A stretch of 64,000 nt of DNA from assembly GCA_964016885.1 (NCBI GenBank), contig OZ024743.1:358174001-358238000 (forward strand), read 5' to 3'. The first letter of the stretch is position 1. The number at the start of each line of letters is the position of its first letter. This DNA is from Eledone cirrhosa. Its lineage: Eukaryota. A model generated the notes under the pieces. That model did not search any database. It had not been told where the DNA came from and saw nothing but the letters and a program-made list of their open reading frames with translations. Position numbers and translations under genes: made by a program. Below are positions 1-11,813 of the stretch, one piece after another.

Positions 1-200
1 AGTGACCTCATAGAGGATATGTTTTCTAAATTTAAGACAGTAGGGAGGGGTGATATGGGGGAGAGTTAGCTGCTGTTTCTAGCAGGTTTATTGACCTCAT
101 AGAGGATATGTTTTCTAAATTTAAGACAGTAGGGAGTGGTGTGATATGGGGGAGAGTTAACTGATGTTTCTAGAAGGTTTAGTGACCTCATAGAGGATAT
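1..200. repeat. Tandem ~90-bp repeat (about 2.2 copies), related to a dispersed repeat tail
   Basis: TGACCTCATAGAGGATAT recurs near 3, 92 and 183. The TTTAAGACAGTAGGG...TTTCTAGCAG segment also occurs at ~33743-33800. Confidence 0.75.
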
Positions 201-875
201 TATTGTGTATAGTAAATGAACTGATACTTCTTTCTTCCACGTTCGTTGATAGATGTTTTAAAAAAGATTTATCGCTATTTTTTTGTTGTTGAATAATTGT
301 TGTTTCGTATGAAGTAAATTGCCATTGAAGTAAATAAATGTTTGACCGTTCCACACTCAAAAACAAACGTTCTCTCTCTCTCTCTCTCTCCCTCCCATTC
401 TCTCTCTCTCTCTCTTAAAGTTTAAGGGAAGTAGAGAGAGGCATTCTAATTGTATTAGAGGGGTAAAGCGTCATGTATTTAGTTTTATCGATTATTTCCG
501 TAATTGTGGGTGAGTGTGAATGCAATAAATAGTCGTTGACCTAAGTTAGACCATTTACAACATTCTTACAGACTTTGTGTCGAATCGGTTTGAAATTGTG
601 CAAATGTATAAACATGGAACATGCATACACACACAACAACAATCTGCCTTGTATAGATAATGATACATACATATATATAGAGAGAGAGAGGGGGGAATAG
701 AGAGATATGTAAAATCCCGACCGCTAGGCGCCGCAGTCGGGATTTTATATATATTTATACTCACGCTGCATTGAGTACTTCCTGGTCTCATTACAGCAGA
801 CTCTATACACACAGACACAGACACACACATATATATATCTGTATGTATATATGAATGTTTACATGTGTATGTGTG

Positions 876-925
<50 letters not shown>

Positions 926-931
<6 letters not shown>

Positions 932-1092
932 AACGAGTAGGACCCCGACGGCTGAGCTCAAGCTGTTTCGACGGCTAATTCTGGACTAGCCGTCGGGGTC
1001 CTACTCGTTCCTATTACCCACTCTACTACCCTAAGTATTGAGTACTTTGGTGCGTTATGGTCCACCTGGTTCCTTACCACATTTCCTTCGTT
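926..1092. mobile_element. Fold-back PLE pseudo-LTR-like fragment in (TA)n with a partial hammerhead 3' half
   Basis: Inverted repeat AGGAACGAGTAGGACCCCGACGGCT (929-953) / AGCCGTCGGGGTCCTACTCGTTCCT (988-1012). The minus strand reads GAAA-CAGCT...AGCCG-TC-GGGGTCC. A related motif is at ~39925-39953. Both ends abut TA repeats. Confidence 0.55.
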
Positions 1093-1270
1093 ATATATAT
1101 ATATTAAAATTTAGCTTTGGCATAGCTGTATACATACATGTATGTGAATTTCTTATATCTAAAGATATACGGTATGTTTAATAAATAAACATTTTGAAAG
1201 CCAAGCTATGAATTGAAAGGCTGCCGGCCAGCGCCGTTTAGCTGATTCCAGCAGAAGTCGCGAAGGATAG

Positions 1271-1309
1271 CTGTCTATGCATTTCGAGCTCTGGCCCTCA
1301 TCAGGGCAG
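1271..1309 (-). ncRNA. Minimal type I hammerhead ribozyme
   Basis: Minus strand: CTGCC-CTGATGA-GGGC caga GCTC-GAAA-TGCA-TA-GACAG. Canonical core and palindromic stem III. It lies in a diverged relative (~1101-1330) of the 317-bp unit. Confidence 0.8.
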
Positions 1310-2411
1310 TGCTTCCTCCTTCCTCTCTGTTATACAGCTTCGTATGCAAAAGGGGCTAATCAGCCCACGCACACCATCGAAAGAAAAATGTTTTTTCGTC
1401 TTTTTTCAAGTTCCAGCAGCCGTAGATTAGCTTGGGCTACCCTCACCCTAATAGGGACAGAATAAGTAATTTTGAGGCCCTAATCATTTAAAAGATTATG
1501 GTTCTCCCCTTATATATAATCCGCTAAAAGATGTTGGTGGGAATGACAAATACAATTTGAATAAAATTGTGTCCCTTTTGTTTTGATGCCTGTGTTTATT
1601 TTGTTTAATGGTTAATCCAGTGTGTTTGTTTCTGTATGTTAATGATGGTGAAAGTTAAACACTGCTTGTTGGGAGGTGAATTAAGAATGTGGAACATCGT
1701 ATTAATAGACTGACGTAACAATAATTTGTAAACACACTTGGTCTAAACAACAGCAAAAAAAAAAGCAGCCACTTTCACACCGAACACCACTTTCATCTCC
1801 TTATTTATTTTACCAGTAGTAGAATGGCCAGTAGTAGAATGACAAATATATATGCTGCCCAGCATCTTCGTCCAAATCATTCCGATTGGATCTGTCTCTC
1901 ATCCCCTAGTCATCCCTACTGAACCTGTGTGACTACATGAAATATCAATTATTTTCATTTATTTTCTGTTTTATCAACAACTTTAGAATTTATGCGATAT
2001 TTAATTCTATTTCGTTTTTGGAGTTCAGTAGATGAATAAGTATTGATTAAACTTTAATGTTTTCAGAGTTGTACTTGGTGTTCTTTTATCTATTCGTCAA
2101 TAAACCTCAAGTTTTACATTAACTGTAAATAGCATTTTACTCTTGAGCTCTTACAGATAAATGAATTCCTGTTAACCTTGAGGCTTAACTGTTATTATTT
2201 TCATTTTTTCTTCAATTAACTGTAAGTTCATATTCTGGATGTTTACTTCAGATATACAATACAGTAATATACTAACAATGATGTTTGTAAGTTTGCATCC
2301 ATCCGTATGCCGTAGAGAAAAAAGACATCTCAAAAGTCAGAGATTCTCTCGAAACGTGACTAATCCAAGCTCATAAACTTCACAGTATAACTTTTGCAGA
2401 CATAAACCGCC

Positions 2412-2871
2412 AAGATAAGCGTGAAATTCTGAGGGATACACTATGTGCTATGGAGTTAATTATGGAGCGAGGGTGGTTTGAGTTATAACTAATGTATGCT
2501 ATATTTTCGTTATTTTTATGGAAGGGCCCTATTAGTCCTGTGTTTAGGTTGAGTGTTACATCTAAGAAGTTAGATTTTTTAGAATTAAGTTCGAAAGTGA
2601 TGCCTAGGCCTAGTTTATTGAAGAAGATTCTGCTGTTTTTACCTAATCTTTTCAAGTTTTGATTATTTAAGTGTTTAGCTAAAAAGAATGTATCGTCTCT
2701 ATAAATTCCTCCTTGGAGGTTACTAAATTCCTTATGTAAGTTATAGGCTATATATATTCCAACTATGTCTGTTACTTGAGCTGAGTCGCTAGATCCCATA
2801 GTGATATCAAAGCTATTCTGTCTGTTTTTTCTTTCCCAGTAACTATTATCGAACCTAATTATATATAGGAA
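2412..2871 (-). pseudogene. Inverted duplicate of the Penelope-like RT fragment
   Basis: Reverse complement of 4887-5346. ORF 2380..2799 is identical to ORF 4959.. up to RISRLS (TMGSSDSAQV, GIYRDD, FLDVTL). Confidence 0.9.
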
Positions 2872-2940
2872 TAAACAGACAGAATAGCTTTGATATCACT
2901 ATGGGATCTAGCGACTCAGCTCATATATATATATATATAT

Positions 2941-4815
2941 ATTAGAATTGTAGCTCTGAAATAGCAATATATATATGGATGTAAATATAATGTATTTTGC
3001 AATACACTTTATGCTTAATTAAAAGCATTTTGAAGACCGTAAGCTATTGTTTTAAAGTAGTGACAAATTCACTCACTTCGATCTCAGCAAACAGGAGGAG
3101 ATAAGCCGACATGACATGTTTCGCTTTTGTTGAAGCTTATCAAGGCCAACTACCCCGCCCGTCTGCTGAGATCAATGATGTTATATTCTTATAGAAATCT
3201 AGTAAATAATCAGGAGCTGATTATGCAGAGCGGTTGTTGGTCAGGCAGAAATTAAAAATTAGAATTGTAGCTCTGAAATAGCAATATATATATGGATGTA
3301 AATATAATGTATTTTGCAATACACTTTATGCTTAATTAAAAGCATTTTGAAGACCGTAAGCTATTGTTTTAAAGTAGTGACAAATTCACTCACTTCGATC
3401 TCAGCAAACAGGAGGAGATAAGCCGACATGACATGTTTCGCTTTTGTTGAAGCTTATCAAGGCCAACTACCCCGCCCGTCTGCTGAGATCAATGATGTTA
3501 TATTCTTATAGAAATCTAGTAAATAATCAGGAGCTGATTATGCAGAGCGGTTGTTGGTCAGGCAGAAATTAAAAATTAGAATTGTAGCTCTGAAATAGCA
3601 ATATATATATGGATGTAAATATAACATCATTGATCTCAGCAGACGGGCGGGGTAGTTGGCCTTGATAAGCTTCAACAAAAGCGAAACATGTCATGTCGGC
3701 TTATCTCCTCCTGTTTGCTGAGATCGAAGTGAGTGAATTTGTCACTACTTTAAAACAATAGCTTACGGTCTTCAAAATGCTTTTAATTAAGCATAAAGTG
3801 TATTGCAAAATACATTATATTTACATCCATATATATATTGCTATTTCAGAGCTACAATTCTAATTTTTAATTTCTGCCTGACCAACAACCGCTCTACATA
3901 ATCAGCTCCTGATTATTTACTAGATTTCTATAAGAATATAACATCATTGATCTCAGCAGACGGGCGGGGTAGTTGGCCTTGATAAGCTTCAACAAAAGCG
4001 AAACATGTCATGTCGGCTTATCTCCTCCTGTTTGCTGAGATCGAAGTGAGTGAATTTGTCACTACTTTAAAACAATAGCTTACGGTCTTCAAAATGCTTT
4101 TAATTAAGCATAAAGTGTATTGCAAAATACATTATATTTACATCCATATATATATTGCTATTTCAGAGCTACAATTCTAATTTTTAATTTCTGCCTGACC
4201 AACAACCGCTCTGCATAATCAGCTCCTGATTATTTACTAGATTTCTATAAGAATATAACATCATTGATCTCAGCAGACGGGCGGGGTAGTTGGCCTTGAT
4301 AAGCTTCAACAAAAGCGAAACATGTCATGTCGGCTTATCTCCTCCTGTTTGCTGAGATCGAAGTGAGTGAATTTGTCACTACTTTAAAACAATAGCTTAC
4401 GGTCTTCAAAATGCTTTTAATTAAGCATAAAGTGTATTGCAAAATACATTATATTTACATCCATATATATATTGCTATTTCAGAGCTACAATTCTAATTT
4501 TTAATTTCTGCCTGACCAACAACCGCTCTGCATAATCAGCTCCTGATTATTTACTAGATTTCTATAAGAATATAACATCATTGATCTCAGCAGACGGGCG
4601 GGGTAGTTGGCCTTGATAAGCTTCAACAAAAGCGAAACATGTCATGTCGGCTTATCTCCTCCTGTTTGCTGAGATCGAAGTGAGTGAATTTGTCACTACT
4701 TTAAAACAATAGCTTACGGTCTTCAAAATGCTTTTAATTAAGCATAAAGTGTATTGCAAAATACATTATATTTACATCCATATATATATTGCTATTTCAG
4801 AGCTACAATTCTAAT
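2941..4815. repeat. Retrozyme/pseudo-LTR-like tandem array, 317-bp monomer with one HHR per unit, head-to-head inverted (about 2.15 units minus + 3.8 units plus)
   Basis: ATTAGAATTGTAGCTC starts at 2941, 3258 and 3575. The strand switches at AATATAA (3618-3624). Both outer ends run into (TA)n, and units are essentially identical. Confidence 0.93.
3658..3701 (+). ncRNA. Minimal type I hammerhead ribozyme, U3-A8 core (copies: + 3975-4018, 4292-4335, 4609-4652; - 3104-3147, 3421-3464)
   Basis: GGCC-TTGATAA-GCTT caacaa AAGC-GAAA-CATG t CATG-TC-GGCT. Stem I is extended by GATCTCAGCAGACGGG / CCTGTTTGCTGAGATC with G-U pairs. Confidence 0.85.
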
Positions 4816-4886
4816 ATATATATATATATATATATGAGCTGAGTCGCTAGATCCCATAGTGATATCAAAGCTATTCTGTCTGTTTA

Positions 4887-6437
4887 TTCCTATATATAAT
4901 TAGGTTCGATAATAGTTACTGGGAAAGAAAAAACAGACAGAATAGCTTTGATATCACTATGGGATCTAGCGACTCAGCTCAAGTAACAGACATAGTTGGA
5001 ATATATATAGCCTATAACTTACATAAGGAATTTAGTAACCTCCAAGGAGGAATTTATAGAGACGATACATTCTTTTTAGCTAAACACTTAAATAATCAAA
5101 ACTTGAAAAGATTAGGTAAAAACAGCAGAATCTTCTTCAATAAACTAGGCCTAGGCATCACTTTCGAACTTAATTCTAAAAAATCTAACTTCTTAGATGT
5201 AACACTCAACCTAAACACAGGACTAATAGGGCCCTTCCATAAAAATAACGAAAATATAGCATACATTAGTTATAACTCAAACCACCCTCGCTCCATAATT
5301 AACTCCATAGCACATAGTGTATCCCTCAGAATTTCACGCTTATCTTCTAACCTGGAGATTTTTAATGAACACGTGAACTACTACAACATAGCTTTACTTA
5401 AGGCAGGCCACAAGGAGAAGCTCAAATACATACCAGATACAAACAACAACAACACACCTAACAACAACAACAACACCCACACCTATAGAAATAGCAAATA
5501 TAGGACTAAACATAGAAATAGACAACGAGCACCAGAAATGACTGAACCGAATACTAATATAAGGACCCTAGGAACTATAGAAAATCCAGAGATAGGAAAT
5601 ACTTATGGTTCAATCCAATATTTAACTCTTCTATAAAAACCAAACTACCTTCTACATTCTTTAAACTAATTGACAAGCACTTCCCTAAACTTCACAAATA
5701 CCATAAAATCTTTAATAGAAAAACTATCAAACTGTCTTACTCTACTGCAGCCAACATAGAATCACACATACATAAAATTAACTATAGAAGAATCTCTAAT
5801 GAAAATGACCTACAAACAAACATCATAACACCAAATACAAAACACAAACACATAACAACATCACAACCACACACACGTCAGGACGCATCACAACAAAACA
5901 TCAGCAAACCCAAATCTCAGCCCATAGATAACAACATACAAAACCACATCGGAGAACCTGCACACAGGAAGGTCTCCAAATGTAACTGTCACTTACCGGA
6001 TAAGTGCCCACTGCAAAATAGATGCCTAGAGTCAAATATAGTGTACCTGTGTACTATAAATTCGGGGAAACTTAGCATGGCACTACATAGGTTCTATGGC
6101 TGGGGAGTTCAAAAAAAGATGGTACGTTCACAGACATTCTATTAATAACCGTAGACTAGTGAACACAACAACGCTGGCCAATAAAATCTGGCAGCTTAAG
6201 GATACAAACCAAGAATACAGGATTAGTTGGTCGAAATTATCGGGAGCAAAAGCCTACTATAATGGAATATCCCACTGCCGACTTTGCAATATGGAGTTGT
6301 TCCATATTTTAAAGTATGACAAAATGCTGCTTAACAGCAAAATAGAACGATCAATTTTCTGTAGGCGTAAAGCAGCTACTAAATTCGCAAATTTCAAACC
6401 ACATGATTCGATCCAACAATCCCATAATTCAAGCTGA
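4887..6437 (+). pseudogene. PLE reverse transcriptase + GIY-YIG endonuclease ORF, 5'-truncated, two frameshifts (~5557, ~6065)
   Basis: First frame: FDITMGSSDSAQVTDIVG, GIYRDD, FLDVTL, SNHP. Second frame: YLWFNPIF..LIDKHFP..HKIFNRKTIKLSYS, then CNCHLPDKCPLQNRCLESNIVY. Third segment: HYIGSMAGEFKKRWYVH..CRLCNMEL..LLNSKIE. Confidence 0.92.
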
Positions 6438-6609
6438 ACCACTTAGAGTCTATTATAATAACCCACTATTATTAACTGTCAATAGACCAACTAATTACTA
6501 AATCAACATCAATTTATTAATTTATCCTTTATTTATCATTGTATTATTTCTTCCTAATATGGTGGCTGCCAACTCGTTTTCGAGTACGGCCACTACTTTA
6601 TATCCATGT

Positions 6610-6960
6610 AGGAGAACCCCTACCGATGCGCTGAGCGAGTGTGACTTTTTAGTCCAGCCAGCGACTTGAAAACTCTGGTACAAACACTACACTTGTGACA
6701 ATTATTGACACATAGTGCTGGGCCCATGGTACCATGTGTTGACAAGTGCAGAGAGATCTCCAGATATAAAGCAATGCCTGTGCCGTGAAGATTTTATAGT
6801 GAGCAAAGGCACTGCACAAAGCCAGTCCCACTCTCTTAACCAAGATGATATTTACCAAAAAGAAGAACAAGTCAACATCATTGGATATCATCAAGGTTGC
6901 AGGTGTTATATCAGAATTTTCCTTCTCCTAGAATTCTGCCTTGACAAAAGCTAAGGGGTC
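6610..6960 (-). mobile_element. Non-autonomous RTE-derived repeat inserted in the PLE 3' UTR
   Basis: The minus strand encodes CSVCTRVFKSLAGLKSHTRSAH (C2H2-like LINE C-terminus). It shares ATCCAATGATGTTGAC...AGAGAGTGGGA with the copies at 35.8 and 56.6 kb. Confidence 0.65.
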
Positions 6961-7290
6961 ATCTCTCCAATACATATGTATATATTAAATATTTTCATAT
7001 TTATACCATCACATCTTTATACTTACACACCACTATAACTTTAACTACCACCACCAGCACCACAACTATTTTCAACAATCATATTATGTTCATTTTTTCA
7101 CATATATATTTTTTTACTTATTTTTTACCTTCTTCATTCTAACTTATTTATTATTATTTATTATTTTTTATTTTTTATTTTTCTCTCTTTCTTTTTTCTT
7201 TTCTCTTTTTTCTTTTCCTTTCTTTATTACTGATGTTGTTATTTGAATTCTCCTAGTATATTACAAACGCCGTGTATAATTTCTATCTGT

Positions 7291-7395
7291 TATTCCGATG
7301 ATTTGATTAGGCATACATCTATTTAAAATTGAGTGACACAACTTCAAATGGTTAGCAATTTTTAAACCCCCTAATCAATGAAACAATTGTTAATA
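7291..7395 (+). ncRNA. Hammerhead ribozyme in the PLE 3' region (U4C core, long loop II)
   Basis: TATT-CCGATGA-TTTGATTAGG...CCTAATCAAT-GAAA-CAATTG-TT-AATA. Confidence 0.7.
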
Positions 7396-7537
7396 CTGTA
7401 ATTAAAACACTTTTTGTACTGTTGACCAAGAAAATAAATTTTTTTTTATAAAAAGAAAAACGAGATGTCCTACACGAGTGAAAGTATCAGGAAAAGAAAT
7501 CGGAAATGCAACTGGAGTCTTTTTAAGAATATTTATT

Positions 7538-7585
<48 letters not shown>

Positions 7586-7593
<8 letters not shown>

Positions 7594-8236
7594 ATACTTT
7601 GGGAGGGTCCTGTTGCCAATAAGAAACACACGCACCAGTTGCTTTCACTTCAATTTATTATAATAAATTTATAAATTTATAAATTTCTGGTTGGTTGGTT
7701 GGTTCCACAACCAGATAGTTGTTTATATATTGTCATAGTTATTTCGTCACACACTCTGTGACCTCTTCAGTGACTGGGGATTCTTTTCTTTGTTTTTGTG
7801 CTTCTCCTTTGTTCTGTCCTACGCCATTTTGTTTCTGTGTGTGTGTTGTGTGCTCAGTCTGCGCATGCGCCTCATCCGGGTGTCTGTGTGTGTTTATGTT
7901 CATTTATTTATTTGTTTATTTACATGTTACTGGTTGGTTGTTTGTTCTATGTGTGTGTGTGTTTTCATTTTGTCCTTAATTGTAAGTTGTGATGTTGCTG
8001 TTCCACTCATATTTTCTATTTAATTTTGGTTGTAATTCTTTTATGTTTATTGCCTCTGTGATTTGTCTATCTGGTTGTGGAACCAACCAACCAATCAGAA
8101 ATTTATAAATTTATAAATTTATTATAATAAATTGAAGTGAAAGCAACTGGTGCGTGTGTTTCTTATTGGCAACATGACCCTCCCAAAGTATAACAATATT
8201 GGTTTCAACACACGATTTCAGATAAAGAATCTTGCT
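7586..8236. repeat. Fold-back insertion in (TA)n with 133-bp inverted arms
   Basis: 7586-7718 is the reverse complement of 8067-8199 (about 2 mismatches). Both outer ends abut (TA)n. Confidence 0.85.
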
Positions 8237-8282
8237 AAACAAATTCAGAAACGAAATATATATATATATATATATATATATA

Positions 8283-9021
8283 ACCAAAGATTGATATGGT
8301 TCGTTGATTATTCAACGAATACAATTTTACAATAGATTAGAAGCACTCGACAGGATTTTCCTGGAGTATTTAATACTATTCAAAATATTAATATATCAAA
8401 AATATTCTCATAATCAAAATATATATTTTATTATACATATTTCAAAGGTACAATGGTGTTTAAGTACGTTTTCATCAGACAAAATATAAGATTTGATATG
8501 CGACATACCGCTACGGTTTTGATTATTCAATTCCAATAGTGGCAGTGATTTATTTCACCAAACCTCAACGTTTTTATACCACAGATAATATGATAAACTT
8601 AGAGAAGAAGAGGATGTAGAGCAAGGTAGAAATATAGAAGGGGAGTTGAGATGGAAGATGCAAAGAAAAAGAAAAAGGCGAGAAATAAACAAATAAATAA
8701 ATAAATAAATAAATGAATAAAAGAAGAAAAAAGATGTAAGAGAAAAAAGGGAAATAAAAACAAAAAAAAAGGGAAGATGTGGAGAGAAAAAAGAAAAAAG
8801 AAAAAAGAAAAAAGAAAAAAAGAAAAACGTTGAGGGTTGGTGAAATAAATCACTGCCACTATTAGAATTGAATAATCAAAACCGTAGCGGTATGTCGCAT
8901 ATCAAATCTTATATTTTGTCTGATGAAAACGTACTTAAACACCATTGTACCTTTGAAATATATATAATAAAATATATATTTTGATTATGAGAATATTTTT
9001 CATTTATTAATATTTTGAATA
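8283..9021. mobile_element. Head-to-head HHR-bearing pseudo-LTR-like insertion with ~200-bp inverted arms
   Basis: 8377-8575 is inverted at 8823-9021. The left arm extends to (TA)n at ~8283; the right arm ends in (TA)n. Confidence 0.85.
8912..8974 (+). ncRNA. Minimal type I hammerhead ribozyme (mirror copy - 8424-8486; degenerate relative + 9199-9263)
   Basis: TATTTTGT-CTGATGA-AAACGTAC..GTACCTTT-GAAA-TATATA-TA-ATAAAATA. Confidence 0.8.
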
Positions 9022-9304
9022 ATATATATATATATTCAACGGCTTATTTTAAATCTACTGTGATTTTAACATATCCGACACTAATTTGCATAATAGACTA
9101 AATATATTTAATAACCCCACTATCCGGGAGCTTCCAACAGAAATGGTCGCATTCTCTAAGGGTATGTCAATATTTATTTATAAAACTGATCTATATTATA
9201 TTTTATCTGATGAAAGCGCACTATAATTTAACTTGGTGTCCTTTAAATATGTATAATGAAATAAATATGGTTTTATAAATATAGTTTCCATTTGTTAATA
9301 TATC

Positions 9305-9377
<73 letters not shown>

Positions 9378-9379
<2 letters not shown>

Positions 9380-9415
9380 CTAAGAGTGAGAAATGAAATT
9401 TCATTTCATTCTTTT

Positions 9416-9479
<64 letters not shown>

Positions 9480-9708
9480 AAAATAATGAAATGAAATTTC
9501 ATTTCTCACTCTTAGTACGGCTGATACTTAAATGTAAGTATGTATACGTACATACATATATGTATACAGACGTACAGTAGTATGTATATATATATACATG
9601 CACACATATATATATATATATGTACGTATGGGTTTACCAAACATTTATTACAATGTTCGGTTTGTTTGTAAACAAACAGCCCGAATTAAGCCGTACAGGT
9701 TGAAACCT

Positions 9709-9710
<2 letters not shown>
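9378..9710 (-). mobile_element. 3' fragment of the HHR family at 53.6-54.0 kb, with a short tail-to-tail inverted end across (TA)n
   Basis: 9476-9700 matches the reverse complement of ~53744-53975. 9378-9420 is an inverted copy of 9476-9518. Confidence 0.75.
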
Positions 9711-9744
<34 letters not shown>

Positions 9745-10320
9745 TAAACGGAATAGAAAATGGTGACAAATATATATATATATATATATATAAAATATTA
9801 AAAAAATAATGAATAAAACAATGAAACAGTTCCTTATATTAAACAAAAAAAGTTCATTATTCAACGATCGTTTCTAGGACATATATGTGTTAGAATTGGC
9901 ATGCATATTCAAAAGATATATGTACAAAATTATACAAACTATCAAATAGAATATACATACCAACACATACATATGCCGTCTTCAGAAATAATCCATCATT
10001 ATTTTTTTTATATTTTATCTTGACTCTGTATTCCGTTTATCTTTCACCGAAAGTGATTTTTGAATGCATCTCTTCTTTCCATGATATCCAGATTACATTG
10101 AGTTCTTCATACGGATTGGACACTACCGTAAACTTTTGGTAGATTTATCTATATATATATATTTTTTTTTTTTTTTATTATTTAAGAGGTTCCAATCAAA
10201 TTTCACAGCTCACGCTTTGGTAAATTCGAAGTTATAGAGAAGGTACTTCAGGTATGGGACTGAACTCGGAAATAAATGGTTGGAAGGCGAACTCATTAAC
10301 TATACTGTCATGCATGCATT

Positions 10321-10412
<92 letters not shown>

Positions 10413-10827
10413 TGTCTGTCTGTGTGTGTGTGTGGGGGTGTCTGTGTCGCTAAAACCATCACTGCTAATGAATTCATCACCAATATTAGCAACAAACATT
10501 CTGATTTGTTGCTAAAACTATCCATAAGAATGTCAGATGTGAACATATGCGCGCCTCCTAAGGGCATTTGAAATATCCATGATATAATTGATTCTACATA
10601 CATATATAATATACACGGATAGACATAAACATGTTTATAGATATGAGTGTGTGTGTTGGAAGTTAAATTTCAAAGTAAATCAGAACTATTCAATAAATAG
10701 TAATTTATTACCTTAACCCTTGTTTCCTAGTTATACCTAGTTTTTCAGGAAACCTGAAACCCCAGCTAGCGCAATATCTGATTTCCGCCTGGTTTAAAAT
10801 GGATAAAAATCATATATATATATATGA

Positions 10828-11020
10828 AGGGTAAAGGCCTCCTTCGGGCACAAATGTTTATGGGTTTTGCACCTAAAAAGTCCTCCTTTGTGGCTCAAGC
10901 CTAGGCAAGGTATTTTTGTGGAAGATCAGCAGTAGCCGATGCACGCCAGTCGCTCCTTTTCACGCCACCGATGGTGTTCAAGAGTAAGGCAAAGGCTGAT
11001 ACAGTTTAGCACCAGCGACG
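10828..11020 (-). mobile_element. Partial SINE (3' part of the 26.3-kb family)
   Basis: Similar to 26290-26480 (GGTAAAG..CCTTCGG, GGAAGA.CAGCAGT, CACGCCACCGATG). Confidence 0.7.
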
Positions 11021-11701
11021 AAATTTGTGTCGGAGAAGTTTTGTATTCCACAGGAAATTCATTCTACTTTTAATTATATGTGTTGAACTCGAGTTGCCTT
11101 CCACCTTTCTTTCCATTCTGGAATTGTGTTTAGCCGTTTTTATGTTGACTACGCTTTTTAACTGTGTTACAAAGTTTTTTAATATTTGAAGTAAATAGTT
11201 TGTTTTCGATGTTTCCATCTTCCAGATCGTTGTAATCCCGTATAAAAATATGAAATTCATCTGTGTGATGTTCCGCAATTTTCGTTTAGGATTTCTTCAT
11301 TACGTCCTTCATCTGGTTTGGTGGCTTTAGACAGCATTTTAAAAACTTTTATGGCTTAAATATTTATAACTAGGTTGTGTCTTCTCCCAGAAGTTAGATA
11401 ATATTAGGAAATTAGGAAAAATGTAAACGAAAATGAACACAAACATTACATCTAATATTTTACAGTTTATAACTATAATATTAAAAAACAAATATACTCT
11501 AAGTTTTACAGATTATAACAATATTAAATTTTAAAACGTATATAGAATTTATAATTATGTTTTATAGAAACAATTATATTTATTACCATTTATCATCAGT
11601 AAAAACCCAAACTGGTTTTCTGCGATTACTCTATTCATAATTTTTTACTGCAAATAAATGTCATCTATAGTGTCAGATGTGTATTTGTCCGATCGATAAA
11701 T

Positions 11702-11813
11702 AAAATGCCAGCCCAGCACAGGCCTTTCCCCAGCCGTCACATCCTCACGCTTCGGTTGATCAAGTGAGGAAGGGTCGTGAAGGTGTCTGCACGCTCCAGT
11801 ATGAGCACTTACA
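11702..11813 (-). ncRNA. Divergent 5S-rRNA-like structured sequence (pseudogene, SINE3-type head or novel Pol III RNA)
   Basis: The minus strand has CATAC, TGATCAACCGAAGC, GGATGTGACGGCTGGGGAAAGGCCTGTGCTG and a terminal TTTT, collinear with 5S motifs. Internal stem TCCTCAC/GTGAGGA. Confidence 0.45.

Larger units (their letters stand above)
4835..7542 (+). mobile_element. 5'-truncated Penelope-like retroelement (C-terminal EN+), with a 51-bp 5' inversion and a 3' UTR/pseudo-LTR ending in (TA)n
   Basis: Contains RT and GIY-YIG motifs and an HHR at 7291-7395. 4835-4885 is the inverted copy of 4931-4981. Flanked by (TA)n on both sides. Confidence 0.9.

Noticed and set aside
2941-4815. CRISPR-like or classical satellite interpretation of the arrays
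   Set aside because: There are no unique spacers, the context is eukaryotic, and each unit carries a hammerhead.
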